Counted from the stretch's first letter, positions 7,781 through 17,782 are shown. The stretch: 32,000 nt of DNA from Promethearchaeia archaeon (GCA_046497275.1 JAWOFX010000078.1:1-32000); one strand, 5' to 3'. Translations and numbers: made by a program. The notes: a model not told the origin generated them from the sequence alone.

Positions 7781-10038
7781 TTTTCTCCCTCCTCTAATTT
7801 TTGAATACCTACCGCTACATCATTCATATGCATATTTGGCTCATAAATTTTATTTTGTACGGGGTTGATAATATCATGCGTTAGATGATTAACACTCCCT
7901 TCTCGAAATTGATCAAACCACCACCCTTCCATTATATTAATAACTCTAGGACGAACCGCATCAGAAACTTTCGCTTTTAGAACAGTTTTTGCTCGTTCAT
8001 TAAACACTGATACCATATCTCCTGAGGAAATTCCTAGTTGTTTTGCATCGTTGGGATTGATCTCAACTACTGGCTCAGGTTCTATTTTCAGTAGAGAATC
8101 TACATTTGCATAACTGGAATGGGTGCGGAATCTGCTATGTCCTTGTACGAATGTATAGGGATATTTATGTTCTCCTGATTCAATGGGAGCCTCTATTGGG
8201 GGCAAATATACGGGAAGAGCTTGTCCATCTTCTACTAGTTGTTCAGCATAAATTTCAATTTTGCCAGAAGGAGTTCCAAATGTAAGCGGAAATTCACCCC
8301 CTTCTGGAATTTCTCGTAAATACATTGCCTTATCCTTTAAAGCGTCTCTGGAATAATCTTTCAGAGAGGGATGATCCATCATCAAATCAATAAAACCCTC
8401 TTCACCACCCTTAAAATACTCTCCATAACCTAATTTCTGAGCTATGCCTGTGGCAATATCCACATCAGACTTTGACTCATATAATGGTTCGATAACTTTT
8501 TGTTGAAGTTGGACATATGGATATGGATGTGGAAGAAAATCAGAAAATTCTAAAAAACTACAAACTGGTAGAACCAAATCTGCATATTTCGCATTTGGTG
8601 TCATAAATAATTCAGTTTGAACTATAAATTCTAATTGGGGGAAAAATTCATCCCGAATTTTAGTTGAATGCGCACATTGATTTATGAAGTTGATAAACGC
8701 AAATAAGACCGCTTTTATAGGATATGGTTTTTCGTTAATCACTGCATCATAGAGATTTAAAATACCTAATCTATGATAACTTGGCGTCTCTGGATCAGCA
8801 TTTAAAAATGGGTCCCAATTCAGAACAGCAGGTAGATAACCAGAACGGAAGCTCGTAGCGACATTGCCAGTCACACTTGCAACAGTTGCTAATCCACGTA
8901 AAGAGATGTCTCCATGGTAGGTTCTTGTAAAACCCATATACGTAAAGAATGTTACATTCTTCTCTGTACCTATCTTCTTCGCAAGAGTGATTATTTTATC
9001 TTCTGAAAGTCCAGTAAGTTGAACAGTTTTTTCAGGTGTATATTTTTCTGCCTCCTCCATTAAAAGGTGGAATGCTGGTTTACATTCAATTCCATCAATA
9101 TTGTAAGTACCTGTAATAACTGCATCCTTATTCGATCTCCTCACTTTTTTTGCTTGATTTGACTTTTCATTCCATATGATATAGGCGTTCGCTTTCCGCT
9201 CTCCGATATCTTTACCTCGCAAAAATTTATTGTTGTCTAATCTTACTAAATAAGATCCATTTGTATGTTCCTTAATAAAATCTATATCATGTAGATTATT
9301 TTTAAAAATAATATTCAGTAAACCAAGAGCAAGAGCCGGGTCTGTTGCAGGTTTGATGGGAAGAAATTCGTCTGCCTTCGATGCAGTCACAGTGAAACGA
9401 GGATCTATAACGACCAGTTTAGTTCCCTCTTGCTTTGCATCCAGAATTTTTCGCATGGATTGCAATGGTGCTGACTCTCCCGGATTCGTACCCCATACAA
9501 TTAAGAGATTTGGCCATTTTCTTTGCCAAAACTTCCCAAAAAGATAAATATACGGTAAATGACTCCCAAAAATTACACGACTACCGCATGGAAGTCCCGC
9601 ATCACCATAGCCCCAGGCACTCACCCGTGTTGATTGAGTGAGACTTGCAAGCCTTAAATAGGCGCCGAATTTTGTGGTACCTGCTCCCGGACCTCCCAAT
9701 ACCCATCCAATGGATCTCCAGCCATATTTATCCGCTATTTCTCTAAATTTAGTAGCGATAAGATTAAAGGCTTCATCCCAAGAAATCCTTTCAAATTTTC
9801 CTTCACCTCGTTTTCCAATTCGTTTCATAGGATATTTAATTCGATCTGGATGATAGGTAATATCTAAAGTAGAAAGCCCTCGAAGACATATTCGTTTATC
9901 TTTCTCATAAGGAAAATCGGCTGGTTCTAGCTTGATAACTTTTCTATCCTTTACATGGGCTAAAATTCCACAGCAGTCAATACCACAGTGTGCGGGACAG
10001 GCAGTTCTTATGATTTTAATATTCTCTTTTTCATTCAT
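7777..10038 (-). CDS. Molybdopterin oxidoreductase catalytic subunit (DMSO reductase superfamily), cytoplasmic
   Basis: CPAHCGIDCC Fe-S motif, ICLRG, HPDRIKYPMKR, WGTNP, VIDPRFT, YADLVLP and a C-terminal dinucleotide-binding domain (VEINPNDA). No twin-arginine signal. Confidence 0.93.
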   Translation of the reverse strand: MNEKENIKIIRTACPAHCGIDCCGILAHVKDRKVIKLEPADFPYEKDKRICLRGLSTLDITYHPDRIKYPMKRIGKRGEGKFERISWDEAFNLIATKFREIADKYGWRSIGWVLGGPGAGTTKFGAYLRLASLTQSTRVSAWGYGDAGLPCGSRVIFGSHLPYIYLFGKFWQRKWPNLLIVWGTNPGESAPLQSMRKILDAKQEGTKLVVIDPRFTVTASKADEFLPIKPATDPALALGLLNIIFKNNLHDIDFIKEHTNGSYLVRLDNNKFLRGKDIGERKANAYIIWNEKSNQAKKVRRSNKDAVITGTYNIDGIECKPAFHLLMEEAEKYTPEKTVQLTGLSEDKIITLAKKIGTEKNVTFFTYMGFTRTYHGDISLRGLATVASVTGNVATSFRSGYLPAVLNWDPFLNADPETPSYHRLGILNLYDAVINEKPYPIKAVLFAFINFINQCAHSTKIRDEFFPQLEFIVQTELFMTPNAKYADLVLPVCSFLEFSDFLPHPYPYVQLQQKVIEPLYESKSDVDIATGIAQKLGYGEYFKGGEEGFIDLMMDHPSLKDYSRDALKDKAMYLREIPEGGEFPLTFGTPSGKIEIYAEQLVEDGQALPVYLPPIEAPIESGEHKYPYTFVQGHSRFRTHSSYANVDSLLKIEPEPVVEINPNDAKQLGISSGDMVSVFNERAKTVLKAKVSDAVRPRVINIMEGWWFDQFREGSVNHLTHDIINPVQNKIYEPNMHMNDVAVGIQKLEEGEK

Positions 10039-10216
10039 TCTAAATACTCTAGAATTATGATTTAAAACCTATAATAATGGATTGTAAAATAATCTTCAAT
10101 AATTAAATTCTATGATTTAATTTTAATGGGGAGAGTTAAAAATATTTATTGGTTCAATGATAATTAAATGATTTTGTTTATTTATTATAGAATAAGTTCA
10201 TAATGATGTCTTAATC

Positions 10217-10474
10217 TTATTCTTCCGAAGTACGCACTAATTTTTGTCCGTGTAAATCATATGCATCCGATGCCACCGCTTTTAATGCTTCCTCAATCCC
10301 CTCTCCAGTTTTTGCCGATATTTCGAACGCTCCACAAGCACCGATTCTTTTAGCGAGTATTGTTCCCTCTTCTTCTGAATAAACTCTTAATTCACCTAAA
10401 TCGCATTTGTTTCCTATCAGAATGAATAAAATCTCATTACTACTCTTTATAATAAAACAGCTTTTAGAAAACAA
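10217..10474 (-). pseudogene. 5'-truncated Ras/Rab-like GTPase remnant (G4 and G5 only)
   Basis: FILIGNKCDL (G4) and FEISAKTGEGIEE (G5) are present. No G1-G3 is readable upstream on the minus strand. Confidence 0.75.
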
Positions 10475-10566
10475 GAATAATCTTTTTTAATAATAATTAT
10501 CAATTAGTATTCAGTCTTTAATAGAAATGGTTATTGATTATATTTTATAAAATCAATGGTTAAAAA

Positions 10567-10585
10567 TTAAACTAACCTAGTTTAA
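10567..10585. promoter_or_regulatory. 8-3-8 palindrome upstream of katG
   Basis: TTAAACTA-acc-TAGTTTAA, ending 63 bp before the katG ATG. A second inverted repeat ATTGATT-N11-AATCAAT lies at 10533-10557. Confidence 0.4.
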
Positions 10586-10641
10586 CAATAATCAAAATTC
10601 TATTTAGTACTATTTTTAAAAAAACCAAATTTAAAAGATGA

Positions 10642-12837
<2,196 letters not shown>

Positions 12838-12886
12838 TTTAATCTTAAAATTTTTTTTATTTTTAATTAGAAATATTGTAAAAATA

Positions 12887-13330
12887 ATGACGCCTGCAGA
12901 TAAATTGGAAAAGAAGAAAATAGAAGTTTCTTCTAAAGAATCAAAGATATCTAAGAGTAAAGTTAAAAGAGTATTATATTATATAGCAGGAACTTTTTTT
13001 TTATCCTTAGGGATTATCGGCATTATTTTACCCATTCTTCCGACCACACCATTTCTCTTATTATCCGCTGCTTGTTATGTACGAAGTTCAGAAAAAGCCT
13101 ATAATTGGCTAATTCATAATAAAATATTCGGTAAAATTATCCGAGATTATAGAGAAGGAAGGGGATTGCCTACAAAAATTAAGGTAATAACGATTATATT
13201 TTTATGGATAACAATTTTCATTTCAATTCTATTTATCACTATATTTTGGGTTCAAATATTATTAATCATCATTGCGAGTCTCGTCTCAATCCATATAGTT
13301 CTTATAAAACCAAAATCTCAGCAAAAATAA
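12887..13330 (+). CDS. ybaN: YbaN/DUF454 family membrane protein
   Basis: LGIIGIILPILPTTPFLLLSAACYVRSS...WL...FG..I signature. Confidence 0.85.
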   Translation: MTPADKLEKKKIEVSSKESKISKSKVKRVLYYIAGTFFLSLGIIGIILPILPTTPFLLLSAACYVRSSEKAYNWLIHNKIFGKIIRDYREGRGLPTKIKVITIIFLWITIFISILFITIFWVQILLIIIASLVSIHIVLIKPKSQQK

Positions 13331-13673
13331 GAAACTCTTTCTGGAAAAACTATTATTGTATCTTCAATGGTATGCTAAGAATTTCGTGTTATTTATTGTT
13401 TCAGACAAGTAGGATTCCAATATCGAATAATTTTACAATTGTAATAATATTGATATAGACTTTAGTCCTCAAACAATAAAAAAATATTTTTCTTAGAGTG
13501 GTTAAGAGTTTCGAGTTCTTTCTTCAATTAAAGTTTTTACATGCTCTGCAAATCGCTTCTCTATATTTCCGTTCCAAAATTTTTCTTAGTATGGGAATTC
13601 ATGATAAAATGAACTTTATTGATTAAACAGAGAGGGTAGTTTATAAATGAAATTATTTAAAAATGAAATCTAT

Positions 13674-13800
13674 AAAAAAAAATAACACAAGTAGTGAGAA
13701 AATTAGTATTTCTTACCAGACTTATTCTGGTCTGAAAAACCCAATTCAAAACAACTCACTACCCTAAACCCAAATTTATACCAAAAAGGTACAGATTTCT
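13674..13800 (-). ncRNA. Candidate structured ncRNA, copy 1 of a tandem pair (family unknown)
   Basis: Terminal stem GTAGTGAG (13691-13698)/CTCACTAC (13755-13762), hairpin ACCAGA/TCTGGT (13715-13731), 5' hairpin 13772-13798, TATA-like 13828-13838 upstream on the minus strand, and a U9 run (13674-13682) downstream. Confidence 0.45.
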
Positions 13801-14023
13801 GTTATAATAATCGTGAAATTTATCACATTTAAATTTAAGTGATGTAATAGTTTTTAAGAATGAGAAACATGTAGTGAAAATAAAATAGTATTCTTACCAG
13901 ACTTGCTCCGGTCCGAATTACTCAATTCACGGTTAAAACACTACAAAAACCAAAAAATCCGTATCAAAAAATTACACGGATTTACTTATTATTAAAATGT
14001 GATTCAAACCTTTTAAATTTAAA
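13691..14023. repeat. Diverged direct tandem repeat, period about 180-184 bp, two units
   Basis: Shared blocks at matching offsets: GTAGTGA (13691/13871), TAGTATT(T)CTTACCAGACTT (13704/13886), GGTC.GAA, CAATTCA, CACTAC (13757/13939), TTTAAATTTAA (13828/14012). Confidence 0.85.
13860..13986 (-). ncRNA. Candidate structured ncRNA, copy 2 of a tandem pair (family unknown)
   Basis: Terminal stem TGTAGTG (13870-13876)/CACTACA (13939-13945), hairpin 13896-13912, 10-bp hairpin 13955-13983, TATA-like 14012-14022. Confidence 0.45.
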
Positions 14024-14268
14024 CTATATAGATTATAGAAATTTTTATAGTTTACTTTCAGATCTAAAGAATTCTGTAAAATATCCTCATAAAGGTAGAG
14101 GTGAATCCAAATCATCAATTTATGAAGCTTCCTACTTTATGAAATCCAATTGATAGATAAACCAATGACAATATATTCTACTATCAATTTAAGAGCCGGT
14201 TTCTTTCGCCCATTTTTTTGGTCTTACAAAATGGATAATCTAAAAATCAGTTTATAATAAAAAAAATT

Positions 14269-14610
14269 TTATTTAAGCTTTTCAAAAAGCACTTGAAATT
14301 CTTTTTTAGCTTTAGATAATCCTAGTTGATCTAATAATTTTAAGGACTTCTCGTTAAGTTTATAAAAAGATCTATCTTCGGAGCGTTTATAATCATTCTT
14401 TTTTATGTTTTTAATTAAATTATGTTCTTTTAGTATACTGAGATGATAATGAAGAGAATTGTCTTGAATAGATGGTAACAAGGATTTCAATTGACTAAAG
14501 GATAGGGGTTTTTCACTTGCAAAGAGAGTAAGCAAAATCTTATATCGTGTCTTTTCAGATATGAGCTCTAATTCTTTTCTTAAATCTTTGTAATTTTGTG
14601 GGATATTCAT
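14269..14610 (-). CDS. Winged-helix (ArsR-like) transcriptional regulator
   Basis: RYKILLTL...LSFSQL...SLHYHLSILKEHNLI...FYKLNEK. No Cys, so no ArsR-type CxC metal site. Confidence 0.85.
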   Translation of the reverse strand: MNIPQNYKDLRKELELISEKTRYKILLTLFASEKPLSFSQLKSLLPSIQDNSLHYHLSILKEHNLIKNIKKNDYKRSEDRSFYKLNEKSLKLLDQLGLSKAKKEFQVLFEKLK

Positions 14611-14683
14611 ATGCTCACCTTTTTAATTTATTTTTATCGTTTCTTGACATGATATGAAAGTAAAATATCTATTTAAATCTAAC

Positions 14684-14712
14684 TCAAATCTCATTGAGTC
14701 AATGCAATTTGA
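14684..14712. promoter_or_regulatory. 29-bp palindromic operator between divergent TATA boxes
   Basis: TCAAAT-ct-CATTGA-g-TCAATG-ca-ATTTGA (12 of 14 arm pairs), flanked by ATTTAAAT (14671-14678) and TTATAAA (14717-14723). Confidence 0.6.
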
Positions 14713-14765
14713 AACATTATAAATTATAATAAGCTATTGGGTTTTTATTATATTTTTCATACATA

Positions 14766-15272
14766 ATGTATATTATGGAAATTTCTCATGATGATGATAC
14801 GTGGGAAATATTTTTGGATGAATTTATCGAAATATTCTCGATTGAGGGCTTAAGAAAGCAAAAAATTTTCATATGTGGATCCTATTCCAAAGAGAATTTA
14901 ACCACATTGAAAAAAATAAGGGAAGAAATCAATAACGAATCTGAAAAATATTTAGCTTTTCTCGAACTGAGCTTTAAAAAAACTCATAATGAGAATTTCA
15001 TTTTTAAATTTGATTTATTGGCAAGAATATCTGACGAGATTTTCATGGTCATCGAACATGATAAGGGAGGTCATATGATCGAATTGGGAATTATAATTAC
15101 CACAAAGGAGTTTTTAGAAAAAACGAATATATTGGTGTTAAAAGATGCTCCAATGACCCTTATGCTTAGCAGGGGCAGTCTGCTCACACCTTTTTTCATG
15201 GAAGACGAGAATCTATTTTATTTTAAAACAGTTTCAGATATAAAAGAGATAATAAATACACTCTATCCTTAA
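14766..15272 (+). CDS. Nucleoside 2-deoxyribosyltransferase (NDT)-like protein
   Basis: KIFICGS (beta-1), AFLE, LARISDEIFMVIE and GGHMIELG (GxxxELG catalytic-Glu motif). Confidence 0.65.
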   Translation: MYIMEISHDDDTWEIFLDEFIEIFSIEGLRKQKIFICGSYSKENLTTLKKIREEINNESEKYLAFLELSFKKTHNENFIFKFDLLARISDEIFMVIEHDKGGHMIELGIIITTKEFLEKTNILVLKDAPMTLMLSRGSLLTPFFMEDENLFYFKTVSDIKEIINTLYP

Positions 15273-15332
15273 GAGTTCATAAATTATTCTCATATTAATT
15301 TTTGTAAAAAAAATAATAAAAAGTTATAAGTT

Positions 15333-15731
15333 TTAGAAAGGCCATACAAATATTGCGATGCCAACCAATGCTTCTATGATTAAGGCAACAATGATATACA
15401 ACAAGAATGCAACCACCGAGACAGCAATTGCCCCCAGGAATCCTGTATGATGCCTTGCACTGATTAATAGCCAAGTCAATATTAAAACGATGATCCATGC
15501 TACTATACCGGTTAGAAAGATGAATGTTATCGCAAAGATTATTGTTATGATAAAGGAGGTCAAGAATACTTCTCCAAATCGATCATGTCTGGCTTTACTG
15601 AAGAAACTCAGCGCAATTGCTAAAAATATTGTCATAACTACTAGAAAAATCAAGTAGATTATAAGAAACCACATTATATCTTCTAAAGTTTCAAATGTCT
15701 GAGCCCAATCAGGATTAATTATATCATCCAT
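15333..15731 (-). CDS. Hypothetical membrane protein (about 4 TM) with an internal repeat
   Basis: ATG at 15731 (track starts at the TTG at 15743). Hydrophobic, with ARH occurring twice (KARHDRFG / SARHHTGF). Confidence 0.7.
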   Translation of the reverse strand: MDDIINPDWAQTFETLEDIMWFLIIYLIFLVVMTIFLAIALSFFSKARHDRFGEVFLTSFIITIIFAITFIFLTGIVAWIIVLILTWLLISARHHTGFLGAIAVSVVAFLLYIIVALIIEALVGIAIFVWPF

Positions 15732-15824
15732 AATACTATTCAATTCAACCTTATTTTATAAATATCTTCTCTTTTAATTATTAACATTAGAGGGATTAAT
15801 TTAGAAATATTAATTCACGAAAAT

Positions 15825-16433
15825 ATGATTGAATGGATCAATTTTATTTCTTTAATTGCAAGCATTTTTCTCTTCTGTATCTTCTATACCTTTAGCCTTG
15901 AACCAAAAAAAAGGAGCCAAAAGCGAGGGGAGAAGGCTTGGAAAGAATGTGCAATTTTCAGAATTATGGCAGGAATTTTTGAATTCCTAATTTTACTTAA
16001 TATTATTCTGTGGATTTGGTTCCCTCTCCCAAGTATAGACTATCAGATATATTCAAACTACTGGATTGGAATTGGCATAGGTTTAACAATTTTAATTATT
16101 GGTAGTATCATTATGACTAAAGGAATAATTGATGCAGGTTCTGAAACTGCAAAACCATCGGAAAAAACAGAAATGTATGAAGGAATTTACAAATTTATAC
16201 GACACCCACAATCTCTTGGAGAATTCCCAATGTTCATCGCAATGGGATTTTTAGTAAATTCCTGGACGATAGTAATTATCTTAACGCTATTTATAGTTAT
16301 TTACGTGCCTATTATGATTCATTATGAAGAGAAAGATTTAATTAGACGATTTGGAAATAAGTATAAAGAATATCAAAAGACAACAGGTGCACTTATTCCT
16401 AAATTTAGAAATAAATCTGGAAATAAAGGTTAA
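15825..16433 (+). CDS. Isoprenylcysteine carboxyl methyltransferase (ICMT/PEMT) family membrane protein
   Basis: GIYKFIRHPQSLG, EEKDL..RFG..Y.EY and TM helices. Confidence 0.85.
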   Translation: MIEWINFISLIASIFLFCIFYTFSLEPKKRSQKRGEKAWKECAIFRIMAGIFEFLILLNIILWIWFPLPSIDYQIYSNYWIGIGIGLTILIIGSIIMTKGIIDAGSETAKPSEKTEMYEGIYKFIRHPQSLGEFPMFIAMGFLVNSWTIVIILTLFIVIYVPIMIHYEEKDLIRRFGNKYKEYQKTTGALIPKFRNKSGNKG

Positions 16434-16444
16434 AAAAATCTCCA

Positions 16445-17473
16445 CTATCTAATTTCTTCTTGGTTTTGTTTTTTTATATTGGTTGGGCTATTAATTCCAT
16501 CTTGAGTCGATTTATAATTAACCAGTATAATTCCTACGCACACACATAATAGGGCAAATGGATAAATAAAAATACCAAATTGTTCACCTAAAAAAATCGC
16601 AGAGAATAGGACTCCGATTAATGGAACTAATGTTTGAAAAATTGCAGCTCTACTTGCATCTAATCGTTTTACACCTTCTAAATAGAATGTATATCCACCT
16701 ACGGTTGAGATAAAAGCTAAATAGAGAATACCAAGCCATAACCGATTTGGAATCATGAAAAATTGAATCGGATTGATATATTCTGGGTTAATCATTAAAG
16801 CGATGGGTGTTGTAATTATGAAACCAAACACAGAAATCCATGTAATCAACCATAAAGAACTTGGTTGGTATGAATTACTCTCTTTCTTAGTTTTATTCAT
16901 AAAGAATCGAGAGGTCACGGTATAAGTAGCATATGCGAATGCTCCCATTAATATTAAGATATCCCCAAGTATTCTATTTAATACTTCAACATTAGGAGAA
17001 AAACCAACAACCAAGATAACCGCTATAAAAGCTAAAAAAGTACCAATAAGTTTTTTCAATGTAATTTTTTCTGTCTCTATGAAAATTCCAGAAAGAATAA
17101 CAACCCAAACTGCATTCGTAACAATGAGAATGCTAGCGTCACTTGCAGAGGTAAAAATCTCCCCAATAAGATACCCAATTTGATATATTGTTACAGAGGT
17201 TAATCCCATAAATAGTAAATATTTCCAATTTCTTAATGCAAATTTAATCTTCAAAGACCCTTCTTTATATTTTAAGAGAATTAAAAAGCAAACGATTGCC
17301 AAAAAATATCGAATCACTACTATCATTAAGGGGGGAATGGTTTCACCACCTACCTCTTCGGACACCATCCATCGTCCCAGAGGCCACGTACCACCCCAAA
17401 TAAATGCTGTAATTATTAGCAGTATGTAAGCTTCAAATTTACTTTTTTCATTACTGAATATAGTTGATTTCAT
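16445..17473 (-). CDS. EamA/DMT family transporter
   Basis: About 10 TM in two repeats; IWGGTW, R.FLA, EKIT..KLIG, GVKRL.A..AA. Confidence 0.9.
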   Translation of the reverse strand: MKSTIFSNEKSKFEAYILLIITAFIWGGTWPLGRWMVSEEVGGETIPPLMIVVIRYFLAIVCFLILLKYKEGSLKIKFALRNWKYLLFMGLTSVTIYQIGYLIGEIFTSASDASILIVTNAVWVVILSGIFIETEKITLKKLIGTFLAFIAVILVVGFSPNVEVLNRILGDILILMGAFAYATYTVTSRFFMNKTKKESNSYQPSSLWLITWISVFGFIITTPIALMINPEYINPIQFFMIPNRLWLGILYLAFISTVGGYTFYLEGVKRLDASRAAIFQTLVPLIGVLFSAIFLGEQFGIFIYPFALLCVCVGIILVNYKSTQDGINSPTNIKKQNQEEIR

Positions 17474-17518
17474 TTTATTATTAGATCTTTTCCTTTTCCT
17501 TTACAAACAAAAATTTTA

Positions 17519-17680
17519 TTATTTTGAAGAATCCTCATAGAATACAGTGGTTATTAGCAGAGAACCCTTGATTGTTTGGGTAATAAATTTAATATCAATT
17601 TCAGGAATTGTATTTAACCATTTATTAATATTTTCTTCAGCCTTTTTTCCTCTTTCAACTTCTAATACTTTACATTTCAT
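17519..17680 (-). CDS. Small 53-aa protein, below the ORF-track cutoff
   Basis: MKCKVLEVERGKKAEENINKWLNTIPEIDIKFITQTIKGSLLITTVFYEDSSK; fills the gap co-directionally between amzA and the DMT gene. Confidence 0.65.
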   Translation of the reverse strand: MKCKVLEVERGKKAEENINKWLNTIPEIDIKFITQTIKGSLLITTVFYEDSSK

Positions 17681-17782
17681 TTTAAGCTTAGATTATTATA
17701 TATTCAAAATTTTAATTTAAGGAAGATAATATCAAATTCTATAAAAAGTTGTGAATTTGACTTAACTCATGAGATAGATATA

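Noticed and set aside
6641-10038. Possible selenocysteine read-through at TGA stops of the Mo/Fe-S operon.
   Set aside because: All three ORFs are complete at their TGA, and there is no in-frame TGA at Cys-equivalent positions.
13480-13620. Minus-strand protein-like fragment KFWNGNIEKRFAEHVKTLIEERTRNS, and a startless open frame at 13884-14152 on the plus strand.
   Set aside because: No start codon or recognisable family; possibly decayed genes, but not supportable.
13688-13765. The terminal stem of ncRNA copy 1 (GGUAGUGAGUU / UUCUCACUACU on the minus strand) matches my recollection of the human Y1 RNA upper stem.
   Set aside because: The Ro60-binding lower stem with its bulged C is absent, copy 2 keeps only 6-7 bp of the stem, no Ro60/TROVE gene is in the window, and the comparison is from memory. 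Treated as coincidence unless cmscan says otherwise.
13691-13945. GTAGTG...CACTAC read as MITE/CACTA-type terminal inverted repeats, or the repeats read as CRISPR, attC or SECIS elements.
   Set aside because: No target-site duplications or transposase; only two units with no spacer pattern; no RYYYAAC/GTTRRRY ends; no TGA-interrupted selenoprotein ORF nearby.
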